Positions 31,504 through 41,342 of a DNA stretch of 64,000 nucleotides are shown in pieces (within the stretch, counting starts at the first letter, position 1; each line of letters begins with the position of its first letter). Position numbers and translations under genes: made by a program. Origin of the DNA: Minisyncoccota bacterium (GTDB taxonomy: Bacteria; Patescibacteriota; Minisyncoccia; Phycocordibacterales; UBA1006); NCBI GenBank assembly GCA_021734445.1, contig JAIPIY010000001.1, positions 185,306 to 249,305 on the forward strand, given 5' to 3'. The notes beneath the pieces were generated by a model that made no database searches, had not been told where the DNA came from, and saw only the letters and a program-made list of their open reading frames with translations.

Positions 31504-31926
31504 ATGAACGGACAAAAAGTTCCTCAAAGATATAATCTGATGAAGATTACTATCTGGTGTGCATTATTTGCACCCCTATTTTTCGAAATTTTTAATGCGT
31601 GTACGGGGTTTGTCCTTGTAAAGCATGGTGTTATGGAACGTTGGCCAATATTTGCCTATATGACCATCCCATTTATTGCTGGGGCAATCATCCAAAAATT
31701 ACAGCACATAAGGCCCGACATTCTCACTAGAATATTTCTCATGATGTGTTGGGTATTAGCATTCTTTGTATCTTCCCTGTTTTGGGAAAGCCTCTTACGG
31801 CAAACCCCGCAAGGAATTCAGGCAGTAAGGATGCTGGTAATGTACCCAACATTAATTACTGGTATTTGCTTTGCTTTTGGCCTAAGCATTAGGGCAACCA
31901 ACTTATTTCAAACACAGACCAAATAG
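31504..31926 (+). CDS. Hypothetical 4-TM membrane protein
   Basis: Four hydrophobic segments; terminator downstream. Confidence 0.65.
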   Translation: MNGQKVPQRYNLMKITIWCALFAPLFFEIFNACTGFVLVKHGVMERWPIFAYMTIPFIAGAIIQKLQHIRPDILTRIFLMMCWVLAFFVSSLFWESLLRQTPQGIQAVRMLVMYPTLITGICFAFGLSIRATNLFQTQTK

Positions 31927-32031
31927 TTCATATCATCCCGCCACAGAACATCGTGGCGGGATTTTTTATACATAAAAATATGCCCGTGGTCGCTGTTGCA
32001 ACCACGGGCATTTGATTTTCAGGAGCTTTTT

Positions 32032-32631
32032 TCAGGATCCGAATTCCTGCCGATAAAGAAGGGCTATGTCACCCATCTGATCTTTAAAAGCAACCAGTTT
32101 ATCGCGAAAATTTGCAGCCTCTTCATAGTGGTGCTCCCTTACTAATCTGTCTTTTTCAGAATTCAAACGGTCAATCTCCAGAAAATTTGGATACTGTGGA
32201 TTCAAAAAATCCAGTCGCTTCTGAATACCTTTCAAGTAATCTTGCGAATCTTTTGATGCGACCAGTTCTACCGAGAAAGAAAAATCGGGCGACCAATAAC
32301 CCAAATCTTTGAATTCGATTAAAATCTCAGCGAGACCTTTTCCGATGCGGAATGCCTCCCTCATTTTTCTGAACTGAATACGACCAGCCCCTGACCCTTC
32401 TTCAATCCAGACATTTGAGATGTCGGAAAAAGAAAACGGCGGAATTTCTTCTCTGTTCTGCAAAATAAATACGACAGATTGTATTTCTTCTGTCGAAGCT
32501 GTCACCGGATTCAATACAGATCCACTGCAAAGCAAATTAATCTGCCAAGCAAAATCTTTCGATTGTGAATTAATACCAATTTTCGGTTGATCCAAGACTA
32601 GACGGAGCAACAAAAGGTTCAAAGCGTTCAT
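32032..32631 (-). CDS. Hypothetical protein with C-terminal UVR (UvrB/C) motif
   Basis: EKDRLVREHHYEEAANFRDKL. Confidence 0.6.
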   Translation of the reverse strand: MNALNLLLLRLVLDQPKIGINSQSKDFAWQINLLCSGSVLNPVTASTEEIQSVVFILQNREEIPPFSFSDISNVWIEEGSGAGRIQFRKMREAFRIGKGLAEILIEFKDLGYWSPDFSFSVELVASKDSQDYLKGIQKRLDFLNPQYPNFLEIDRLNSEKDRLVREHHYEEAANFRDKLVAFKDQMGDIALLYRQEFGS

Positions 32632-32763
32632 GGTGTAGCTGTTAATGGAACAATAATTTAAAAACACTTTTACATATTTATTTCATAATGTCAATTTGTG
32701 TATTTTTATTTCATCAATATACCAAAAGGTTTTTAAAAATAGGAATTAAATACTGTAATGATT

Positions 32764-33540
32764 TTAAACTTTTGGTAAAGAATTCCAAAGCAATTTGAAC
32801 ATTGCTTGTAATAAACCTTGCATAACATTGTCTCTAATAAGAACAATCTTTATTTCTTTGCCATCTGCACGAATAAGACCAATAGTATTTCCAAATATTA
32901 TAAATACACCCGGAATAGAAACCTTTTCTTCGAGAAAACGAAAATCTCGAAATTTTCCAATTCTTTCACTCATTTTTTTATATTTAAGAACAGATCTATC
33001 AGTAATAGAATATGCTGTCGTGTTAAATTCCATTCTGCGCAAAGAGTATAGTTTATATAGCTGCTCAACAGAAAAAACATTAAACATCGTATCCATAGTA
33101 CCGAACCAATAGACATCAGATCTCTCATTTAGCATTTTTTCAATTAAAACTAGGATGCCAGGTTTTCCTTCAAGGGTTTCAACATCAGTTTTTTCATTAA
33201 CATTTTTATCTAAATTTTCTACAAGAGAAATCATATTTTCTACAAAACCTTCTTTTCTTTGCAACTCTTCTTTTTCTTCATTTATGAATACGCGAAGCGT
33301 CTGTGGTTCTGCGATGCCGAGGAGCGTTCTCTTCCCTTTTCTTTTTTCAATAAGCAATCCTTTCTTTTTTAATTCTTCAAGCTCAAGATACACAGTAGTC
33401 CTTTTTATATTTATCAAGCGTGAAATTTGCGAAGGATTCAAAAATCCTTCTTTTGCAAGCACGCTATATACAAGAGATTGTTTTTCAGTTAATCCCAGAG
33501 CCTTCTTTGCTAAGCTATTTATTTCCTTAAGTGTCGACAT
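32764..33540 (-). CDS. TrmB-family transcriptional regulator
   Basis: LGLTEKQSLVY..IKRTTVY..LKKKGL; C-terminal FKLLW. Confidence 0.88.
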   Translation of the reverse strand: MSTLKEINSLAKKALGLTEKQSLVYSVLAKEGFLNPSQISRLINIKRTTVYLELEELKKKGLLIEKRKGKRTLLGIAEPQTLRVFINEEKEELQRKEGFVENMISLVENLDKNVNEKTDVETLEGKPGILVLIEKMLNERSDVYWFGTMDTMFNVFSVEQLYKLYSLRRMEFNTTAYSITDRSVLKYKKMSERIGKFRDFRFLEEKVSIPGVFIIFGNTIGLIRADGKEIKIVLIRDNVMQGLLQAMFKLLWNSLPKV

Positions 33541-33708
33541 ATTATGTCACTTTATTATATGTATAATATCCTTATTTTGCAAGTTATTTAAAGATTTATT
33601 TATAATAAATAATAACTTATTCATATCTATTGGCATTCTTTTGAGATTCAAGATATTGTGTGTTTAGAAACTAGGGAATAGTTCCTTGATAATTAAATAG
33701 AAAATAAG

Positions 33709-33984
33709 ATGACAATCTTCACTTTTATCTGTTTAATCCTCTACTCTTGCGTGGGATTTCTAGGATTATATTCTTGCTTTAAGGCAACAAAACGCGTTAA
33801 AAGGATTTATTCAAAAAAAGCACTCCTGATTATTGCACCCGCTATGTACATGCTGGAATTTATTCCATTAGTATTTTTAAGTGCATTAATTGCGGTGCCA
33901 AATGGTTGGCTCACTGTGTTGTTACTCTTATTACCATTGGTGTTGAATATAGTGGTTGTCAAAATTGCTTCTATTAAAAGATGA
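33709..33984 (+). CDS. Small 3-TM membrane protein
   Basis: Hydrophobic ORF divergent from a TrmB gene. Confidence 0.6.
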   Translation: MTIFTFICLILYSCVGFLGLYSCFKATKRVKRIYSKKALLIIAPAMYMLEFIPLVFLSALIAVPNGWLTVLLLLLPLVLNIVVVKIASIKR

Positions 33985-34027
33985 CAGACATACTAGCCCT
34001 ACAGACAATTATGTCTGTAGGGCTTCT

Positions 34028-35542
34028 TTATTTCTTTACTCCATGCTTTTTGTGAAGTTTCGCTTTTTCTTCTTCATCAACGGTTTCTTTTTTTTCTTTC
34101 CCTTGATCCCCTAATTGTTTCAATTCCCCATCAGATAATTTTTCTAATTCTGTTACACGTGAAACAAGATATTCAATAGTATTTTTTGTAGGATCTTCTA
34201 TGATTTCTTCTAACAATGCATGTAGCATCCAACCCATACGTGGACCCGGTTTCATATGCATTTCTTTGATCATATAACCACCATCGATTTTTAGCTGTGA
34301 AACACTGATTGGGTCGCGCAAAGTCTCTTCGATCATTGCAAAATATTTTCGCAGACGGTATGGAGCTTCTTTTTTCTTCATACCTACACGGTCACATTCG
34401 CGAATGCGCATTAATTCCCAAATAGCATGATCTTCACGTGAAACATCTTTTTCTACATCTGTTGGTGCCATATTATTAATCATTCTTCGCACGGGAGATA
34501 GGGTTATTATTTCGGTATCCGAGAAAAACATATGCCAACGAACCAGCCGTGAAACTATTTCAATATCTTTTTTAGGGAATTTCAATCGTGACATAATATC
34601 TTTTGCCATTCGTGCACCCACTACCTCGTGCCCAAAGAAAGTATACTTATCTTTGTTTTTATCATATCGTCTGGTTCGTGGTTTTCCAATGTCATGAAAC
34701 AATGCAGCCAGTTTCACATGAAACGAATAGTTTTTATCAGCAGCATGCTGTAATGCATGACAAAGATGATCAAACACATCATATATATGTGCACCTTTTT
34801 GTTCGCATTTTATTCCCTCTAATAGTTCAGGAATAATATATTGCATCAGCCCTAGTTTCACGAGAAACCCAATACCCACGGATGGTTCACGTGAAACAAT
34901 AATTTTTACAAATTCATCACGAATTCTTTCACGTGAAACCTTTTCCAATAGATTAGCATTCTCGAAAATTGCCTGCATTGTTTCATGTGAAACAGAAAAC
35001 CCTAATTGAGCCGAAAAACGTACTGCTCGCATCATACGTAATGCATCTTCTTTGAATCTTTCGTCAGGATTTCCCACTGCTCTAACGGACATGTCTTTTA
35101 TATCCTCATGTCCTTTATATAAATCAATCAAATGTCCGATAGACAGATCGTACGCCATGGCGTTTATGGTAAAGTCCCGACGCATCAAATCGTCCTCTAA
35201 TTTTTTACTGAATACTACCTGATCAGGATGTCGATGGTCGGTGTATCCAACGTCTAGACGATATGGGGTAATTTCCACGGTACGAATATTCGAATCAGCA
35301 TCTTCGGTTTCATCTACAATACCCACCGTCCCAAATGTATTTTCATACACAACCCGAAAACCAGCGGTTTCAAAAACCTGCATAATTTGTTCAGGGTTTG
35401 CATCAGTTGTAATATCCCAATCATTTGGGGTTCGCCCCATAATCATGTCACGTACACAACCACCCACCAGATATGCTTCGTATCCAACTGATTGCAATGT
35501 CTTTATTTGAGCTATAATTTTTTCTGGCACCTGAAATTCCAT
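34028..35542 (-). CDS. cca: CCA-adding tRNA nucleotidyltransferase with HD domain
   Basis: VGGCVRD..DWDI, RRDFTINAMA, EDALRMMRAVRF, HDIGKP. Confidence 0.95.
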   Translation of the reverse strand: MEFQVPEKIIAQIKTLQSVGYEAYLVGGCVRDMIMGRTPNDWDITTDANPEQIMQVFETAGFRVVYENTFGTVGIVDETEDADSNIRTVEITPYRLDVGYTDHRHPDQVVFSKKLEDDLMRRDFTINAMAYDLSIGHLIDLYKGHEDIKDMSVRAVGNPDERFKEDALRMMRAVRFSAQLGFSVSHETMQAIFENANLLEKVSRERIRDEFVKIIVSREPSVGIGFLVKLGLMQYIIPELLEGIKCEQKGAHIYDVFDHLCHALQHAADKNYSFHVKLAALFHDIGKPRTRRYDKNKDKYTFFGHEVVGARMAKDIMSRLKFPKKDIEIVSRLVRWHMFFSDTEIITLSPVRRMINNMAPTDVEKDVSREDHAIWELMRIRECDRVGMKKKEAPYRLRKYFAMIEETLRDPISVSQLKIDGGYMIKEMHMKPGPRMGWMLHALLEEIIEDPTKNTIEYLVSRVTELEKLSDGELKQLGDQGKEKKETVDEEEKAKLHKKHGVKK

Positions 35543-35628
35543 ATAGCATAAAGTGTATACTAATTGGGTTGATTTTCAAAGCAAAACAGTATACACTTTG
35601 AAAGTCTTATCAAAGATGTGCAATATAT

Positions 35629-35700
35629 GCACCTGTGGTGAAATGGATATCACAACGGTCTTCGGAACCGTTATTCTAGGTTCGAATCCTGGCAGGTGCA
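35629..35700 (+). tRNA. tRNA-Arg(TCG)
   Basis: Cloverleaf GCACCTG/CAGGTGC; anticodon arm ACGGT-CTTCGGA-ACCGT; TTCGAAT T-loop. Confidence 0.93.
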
Positions 35701-35892
35701 CAAAAACAATCGAATACAATACAACGTATTTTATACGTATTGCTTTTGCAATGTGTCAGGATTTGAAAAAGTCGCCCGCAAAGCCGACAAAGTCGTAGGC
35801 GACGACGGGGTCGAGCGAATGAGATATTTTAAGTCCGCGCGACGGACGAAAAAATATCCATGAGGGTGACTGAATCCTGGCAGGTGCACAAA

Positions 35893-35939
35893 TAAATATA
35901 AAACAGTGAAACATACTATGTTTCACTGTTTTATATTTA
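35893..35939. terminator. Long palindrome / probable terminator
   Basis: Perfect 23-bp arms separated by one base. Confidence 0.55.
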
Positions 35940-36001
35940 GAGTAATAAAATAAAAAAAACCGCCAGCATTACCTGAAACGGATTTGGAGTCTCCCCCTAA
36001 A

Positions 36002-36280
36002 TTAATTATTCTTTGGAATTCTTTGTTCAAGTAGGTACACAGCAAGCCATAACAATGAAACAATAACCACTGACCAAAAAAACAAGCAACCGACACTTGC
36101 CATCACAAAAATAGCAAATATATTAAGAATATCAAAACTTTCAATGAATCGAATAAGTAATTTGAAAAGATCAAAAGTGCCATCCTTAAAAAAGATCCAA
36201 TATGGAACATAATAAAAAACAAAAAGGATGCACGTCCAAAAAAGAAAACTGAGAATTCCAGGAACAATTTTTGCCTTCAT
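36002..36280 (-). CDS. Small membrane protein
   Basis: Hydrophobic 92-aa ORF. Confidence 0.55.
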   Translation of the reverse strand: MKAKIVPGILSFLFWTCILFVFYYVPYWIFFKDGTFDLFKLLIRFIESFDILNIFAIFVMASVGCLFFWSVVIVSLLWLAVYLLEQRIPKNN

Positions 36281-36478
36281 GAATGCATGATGTTGGTTTC
36301 ATTTAGTGTCACTTTTTTATTAAATAAAGTCAATATATTAAGTAAAAAGATTGCATATTCATAAAAAAATAGCTATACTACAAAACGTTATGCGGGTATG
36401 GTTTAGTTCCGCCAGAAAACAAGGCGGATAAAGTCCGAACACGTACGGTTAACATAATTACATAAAGCAACGACAAAT

Positions 36479-36549
36479 GCGGGTATGGTTTAGTGGTAGA
36501 ACACGTCCTTGCCAAGGATGAGTCGGGAGTTCGATTCTCCCTACCCGCA
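36479..36549 (+). tRNA. tRNA-Gly(GCC)
   Basis: GCGGGTA/TACCCGC acceptor stem; CGTCC-TTGCCAA-GGATG anticodon arm. Confidence 0.95.
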
Positions 36550-37303
36550 CAAAAACACAAAAGTCTGAATATTATAATATTCAGACTTTTGTGTTTAACC
36601 CAGAAAGAAAATGAATCAAAATAAGATGATCAGCTGGAGATTATATAAATTGCTTTAAAGTACATCTATAGAATCTAACGGACATATGTGATACATGTCC
36701 GTTATTACCACGTTTTTCTTTAGATTAATACAATAATAAAAGACACCATCCTGAAAAATCCCCTGAAATCAACAAATTGTGGATATCTCTGTGTACACGG
36801 TGCACAAATAACACATTTTTATAAACGACACAAGATGTCTTTTATACTAAAAACCGTAAAAAAGCCTTATCCTACAACACCCCACCGTTTTTTCACATAA
36901 ATATTGTTTTTTAAGGGATTTTTACTATTCACAGATATCAAAGTGTTTCACGTGAAACATATGTAAAAATACACAAAATGTTACATGTGAAACACTATTT
37001 TTATACTAAAAGCTGCTGACATAGTTTCACGTGGCACAAATTAGAGATATTTAGTCTGAGCATATTAAAAAGTTTCATGTGAAGCAAAACTCTGGTTCAT
37101 AAATTAGTTTAACATGAAACTTTTATAAGAAATCAAAAATCCCAGATTCCCGAATACTCGGGAATGACAAATGAGACATAATAGTCCATCTCCATCACTT
37201 TCAGCGAATAAAAATAACTTATGGCAAATAAAATCCCGATACATATACTTGTTTCACATGAAACGCAAAAGTAGTATAATAAAAACACCTGAAAAGGTTT
37301 CAC

Positions 37304-37708
37304 ATGAAACAATTTACATCAAAAACACAGAAAATAGGGGAAATTGGTGAATCTTTGGCTTGCAAGTTTCTCGTGAAACATGGTTTTTCGATTATTGAGA
37401 GAAATCACACAAGAAAATGGGGTGAAATCGATATTATTGCGGAAAAGAGCAGCGTTTTGCATTTTGTCGAGGTAAAAACAGTTTCATGTGAAACAATTGA
37501 TAAAATAGGGAATGATCCAAAGTATATGCAAGTGATTCAGAACGTGCACACAAAGAAAGTTTCTCGTATGAAAAAGATTATTCAAACATACCTATTAGAG
37601 AATAACGTTTCACATGAAACCAAATGGCAATTTGATATTATTGCTGTTCATCTGGAAAAAGATCACAATCGTGCAAAAATTACTATACTAGAGAATATCA
37701 TCCTTTAA
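37304..37708 (+). CDS. yraN: YraN (UPF0102) family nuclease
   Basis: GEIGESLACKFL..GFSIIERN..GEIDIIA..FVEVK..FDII. Confidence 0.92.
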   Translation: MKQFTSKTQKIGEIGESLACKFLVKHGFSIIERNHTRKWGEIDIIAEKSSVLHFVEVKTVSCETIDKIGNDPKYMQVIQNVHTKKVSRMKKIIQTYLLENNVSHETKWQFDIIAVHLEKDHNRAKITILENIIL

Positions 37709-37855
37709 TATTATAAGGAGAGGTACCTTTATTTGATTTGCGTTTTCGACGTTCTTCATGTATCATTGTTGTGTACTTTGAGAAAATATGAGAATAGAGA
37801 ACAATGGTAAATATGTTAATTTTAAAGAGTGAAACATTTTATTTTTTGTGACATA

Positions 37856-38098
37856 TGTCGGGGTGTGGTGTAACGGCTAACATGCTGGTTTTGGGGAATA
37901 ATAGAATGTACTTTTATAATTTGTGTCGGGGTGTGGTGTAACGGCTAACATGCTGGTTTTGGGTACCAGTGACTCTGGGTTCGAATCCCAGCACCCCGAC
38001 AGAGATTGTAATGTGCTTTGTGTATTATTCCAGATGTCCGGGGGACATCTGTGGCCCAAAGGGCAGTGACTCTGGGTTCGAATCCCAGCACCCCGACA
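37856..38098 (+). repeat. Duplicated tRNA-Pro halves flanking the intact gene
   Basis: 37856-37895 is identical to 37924-37963; 38064-38098 is identical to 37967-38001. Confidence 0.9.
37927..37999 (+). tRNA. tRNA-Pro(TGG)
   Basis: CGGGGTG/CACCCCG acceptor stem; CTGGT-TTTGGGT-ACCAG anticodon arm. Confidence 0.95.
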
Positions 38099-38207
38099 TA
38101 CGCCGTAAGAAATTTTGTTGTTCTTATTCATATGTGCAAGAAATCTCATTACTGTAACTAGGTTTATAATTTATTAAAAATTACACAAAACCCTAACAAT
38201 AATCATT

Positions 38208-38501
38208 ATGTCTCCAGAGGCATACCAATTTTTAAAAACAAGAACCGCCGAAACCAACCCTCCAGAGATTGAAGGTGTTTTTTCTTTTCAGGAACTTTCT
38301 CAAAAACTTGCAGATGCAAAGGATTTTCAAACAGCTCGTGAGATATATCAAACAAGTATTACTTGTGCACAAAATGAATCCATTACAGAAATAGATAGAG
38401 ACGAATTACAAGTGTGGGCGCTAGGAAAAATGACTGAATTTGCAAAATCAGAAGAAGAAAAATCTATCATCGAGGATTACTATAAAGCAAACAACTCATA
38501 A
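38208..38501 (+). CDS. Hypothetical protein
   Basis: 97-aa ORF with host-like composition. Confidence 0.6.
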   Translation: MSPEAYQFLKTRTAETNPPEIEGVFSFQELSQKLADAKDFQTAREIYQTSITCAQNESITEIDRDELQVWALGKMTEFAKSEEEKSIIEDYYKANNS

Positions 38502-38601
38502 AAAATAATTTTTCACTAAAATTGTTTTGACAAATAGTCTCATACATGCTAAAAAGTACTTAGCTTGTACTTTTGCAGGTGAACCTTAACAATCAGATCA
38601 A

Positions 38602-39915
38602 ATGGACGTAGTCTTAATCATGGCGATTTTTGTGTTTGGTTATCTAACCATAACCCTTGAGCATGTTGTCAAAGTTGACAAACTGGTACCTGCCCTCATT
38701 ATGATGGCATTATTGTGGACAGTAGTAGCGGTCTTTCATGTACCGGTATTTACTATTATTGATGGTTTAGTGCCATCACACATGGACGAGATGCTGGTAC
38801 ACCATCTGGGCAAGACAGCCGAGATATTGGTGTTTCTTATCGGTGCTATGACCATAGTGGAAATCACCGACCATTTCAATGGCTTCGGTGCGATCAAACA
38901 GTTCGTGAGAACAAAAGATAAAAAAGTGCTATTGTGGATTATGGGCGGTCTGGCGTTTATCCTTTCCGCTATCATCGATAATCTCACAGCAACCATCGTG
39001 CTCATCACCATTCTGAAAAAACTGGTGCCTGATGCCAGGTCGCGCATGTGGTATGCAGGTATGATCATTATCGGTGCGAATGCCGGTGGCGCATGGTCAC
39101 CGATTGGTGATGTTACCACAACCATGCTTTGGATAGGAGACAAAGTGACTGCCGGGAAACTGGTCACGAACCTACTGCTCCCATCTTTCATTTGCATGGC
39201 ACTGCCAACATTTATTGCGTCACTTCTACCAGCCTTCAAGGGTCGAATTGAGATTCCTGAAACTAATGCCGAGGATAGAAAGGCAAGCCTGAGCATGTTG
39301 ATCATCGGTCTGGGTGCGATTGCATTCGTACCGATTTTCAAGACCCTCACGCATCTTCCGCCTTATATCGGCATGATGTTATCGCTTGCGATTGTTGCCA
39401 TTGTTGCCGAGATAAAGAGCAACCGTGAATTCAGGATGTCTGAGAGGGGTGAAGGGACAGCGCATCATAGCTCTGTCCATAAGTCACTGAGCAAGATCGA
39501 GATGCCCAGTATCCTGTTCTTTCTGGGGATTTTGATGGCCGTTGCAGCCCTGGAAAGTGTGGGTATGATCTTCCGAGCTGGAGAATCAGTGCGTGCCGTT
39601 ATTCCCGATGAGGTGTTCGTGGTGTTGCTGGGTTTTGGCTCGGCAATCATCGACAACGTGCCTCTAGTTGCGGCTAGTATGGGTATGTTCAATTTGCCAA
39701 CTGACCACGCCACCTGGCATTTCATTGCATTCTCTGCCGGAACAGGTGGAAGTATGCTGATCATCGGTTCGGCAGCGGGCGTGGTGGCAATGGGCATGGA
39801 GAAGATCAGCTTCATGTGGTATCTGAAAAACATCGCATGGCTTGCCATGATTGGGTTCTTGTCTGGATGCGGTGTGTTTCTTTGTATGGTGCGTCCAGAA
39901 GTGCTTGGATTTTAA
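38602..39915 (+). CDS. nhaD: NhaD-type Na+/H+ antiporter
   Basis: LSAIIDNLT, ANAGGAWSPIGDVTTTMLW, SAIIDNVPLVA, GTGGSMLIIGSAAGV. Confidence 0.9.
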   Translation: MDVVLIMAIFVFGYLTITLEHVVKVDKLVPALIMMALLWTVVAVFHVPVFTIIDGLVPSHMDEMLVHHLGKTAEILVFLIGAMTIVEITDHFNGFGAIKQFVRTKDKKVLLWIMGGLAFILSAIIDNLTATIVLITILKKLVPDARSRMWYAGMIIIGANAGGAWSPIGDVTTTMLWIGDKVTAGKLVTNLLLPSFICMALPTFIASLLPAFKGRIEIPETNAEDRKASLSMLIIGLGAIAFVPIFKTLTHLPPYIGMMLSLAIVAIVAEIKSNREFRMSERGEGTAHHSSVHKSLSKIEMPSILFFLGILMAVAALESVGMIFRAGESVRAVIPDEVFVVLLGFGSAIIDNVPLVAASMGMFNLPTDHATWHFIAFSAGTGGSMLIIGSAAGVVAMGMEKISFMWYLKNIAWLAMIGFLSGCGVFLCMVRPEVLGF

Positions 39916-40000
39916 GTGCTTCAAACCAGCCCGGTCTCTGTTATGGAGGTCGGGCTATTTTTTATATATGAAAACAAATGCTATACTCTTATCATTCATT

Positions 40001-41341
40001 ATGGATATCCAATTGCAAACAATACAAAAATATATCAAAGAAAAAAATCTCCAGGGATTAAAAAATATCTATGGAGATATTCCACCTGCGGACCTTACCA
40101 CATTATTTCACCAATTGAATCCTGGTGAACGATTATTCTTTTTTCGATCATTACCCAGACTGGTTGCGGCCCAAGTTTTTTCTCATTTGGATCCTGACGA
40201 AGAGAATAGTTTAATTTTAAAATTAACTGACAAAGAAGCCCGTCAATTATTACATGATTTGGACCCTGATGACCGTACAGAATTTTTTGAAGAATTACCA
40301 GGTCGTCTTACACAAAAAATTCTTAATTTATTAGATGATGAAAATGTTGCAGAGATACGCATGCTATTAGGATATGCAGAAGATACCGTAGGCAGATTTA
40401 TGACACCTGATTATATAGCAGTACGTCCATCGTGGACAGCCGTTCAGGCAATGAATCATGTCCGAGAATGGGGAAATGAAAGTGAAACCAGTGATGTGAT
40501 TTATGTAACCAATGCATCTTGGGAATTACAGGGTGCTATCAGTCTACGTCACCTTGTACTATCAGATCCAGAAACATCTGTTGAATCAATTATGAAATCA
40601 CCAGCCATTGCAATTCACGCACACGAAGATCAAGAATCAGCTGTCCATATGATGCAAAAATATGATGTTAGCGTTCTTCCAGTTATAGATGCACATAATA
40701 TTTTAGTTGGAATCATTACTGTTGATGATGTGTTGGATATTGCAGAAGAAGAAACTACCGAAGACTTTCACCGAAGTTCTGCTATTGATGCATTCCAAGA
40801 AAGCTTCTTAAAAACATCTATATTTTTTCTCTATAAAAAACGTATTGGCTGGCTGGTATTATTAACGTTTGTGAATATATTATCAGGAGCAATCATTATG
40901 AGCTACGAAGCGACATTGCAACAAGCAATTGCATTAGTTGCATTTTTACCTCTTTTGATTGGTAGCGCAGGAAACTCAGGATCGCAATCAGCGACATTAA
41001 CCATTCGTGCAATGGCAACAGGGGATGTGCACATGGGGGATTGGTTGATCGTTATCTGGAGAGAATTAAGAACAGCTCTTTTGTTAGGTAGTACCATGGG
41101 TGCAGTTGTTTGGGGATTGGGTATTTTTCGATCAGGAGAAACAGTAGCTCTGATTGTTGCACTGACCATGGTTATGATTGTGTTGTTGGGAAGTTTATTG
41201 GGTGTATGTTTACCATTTGTTTTATCAAAGCTAAAATTAGATCCTGCTACAGCTAGTTCACCATTGGTTACATCAATCGCTGATATTTTGGGGGTGTTTA
41301 TTTATTTGATTATTGCAAAAGCTTTGTTGGGAATAGCGTAA
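40001..41341 (+). CDS. mgtE: Magnesium transporter MgtE
   Basis: MgtE N-domain, CBS pair (GIITVDD), GNSGSQ, DPATASSP..IAD. Confidence 0.95.
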   Translation: MDIQLQTIQKYIKEKNLQGLKNIYGDIPPADLTTLFHQLNPGERLFFFRSLPRLVAAQVFSHLDPDEENSLILKLTDKEARQLLHDLDPDDRTEFFEELPGRLTQKILNLLDDENVAEIRMLLGYAEDTVGRFMTPDYIAVRPSWTAVQAMNHVREWGNESETSDVIYVTNASWELQGAISLRHLVLSDPETSVESIMKSPAIAIHAHEDQESAVHMMQKYDVSVLPVIDAHNILVGIITVDDVLDIAEEETTEDFHRSSAIDAFQESFLKTSIFFLYKKRIGWLVLLTFVNILSGAIIMSYEATLQQAIALVAFLPLLIGSAGNSGSQSATLTIRAMATGDVHMGDWLIVIWRELRTALLLGSTMGAVVWGLGIFRSGETVALIVALTMVMIVLLGSLLGVCLPFVLSKLKLDPATASSPLVTSIADILGVFIYLIIAKALLGIA

Positions 41342-41342
41342 A

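Larger units (their letters stand above)
34151..37621. promoter_or_regulatory. Cluster of 17 parS-like palindromes
   Basis: 16-mers resembling TGTTTCACGTGAAACA start at 34151, 34430, 34710, 34854, 34883, 34925, 34979, 36944 (perfect), 36979, 37023, 37071, 37106, 37250, 37296, 37365, 37480, 37606. Confidence 0.85.

Noticed and set aside
36421-36452. CACGTACGGTT resembling group II intron domain V
   Set aside because: No AGC/CGC 5' arm or other intron domains; better explained by the tRNA-Gly fragment
34151-37621. Repeated 16-mers as a CRISPR array
   Set aside because: Irregular spacing, too short, located inside genes, no cas genes; they fit parS
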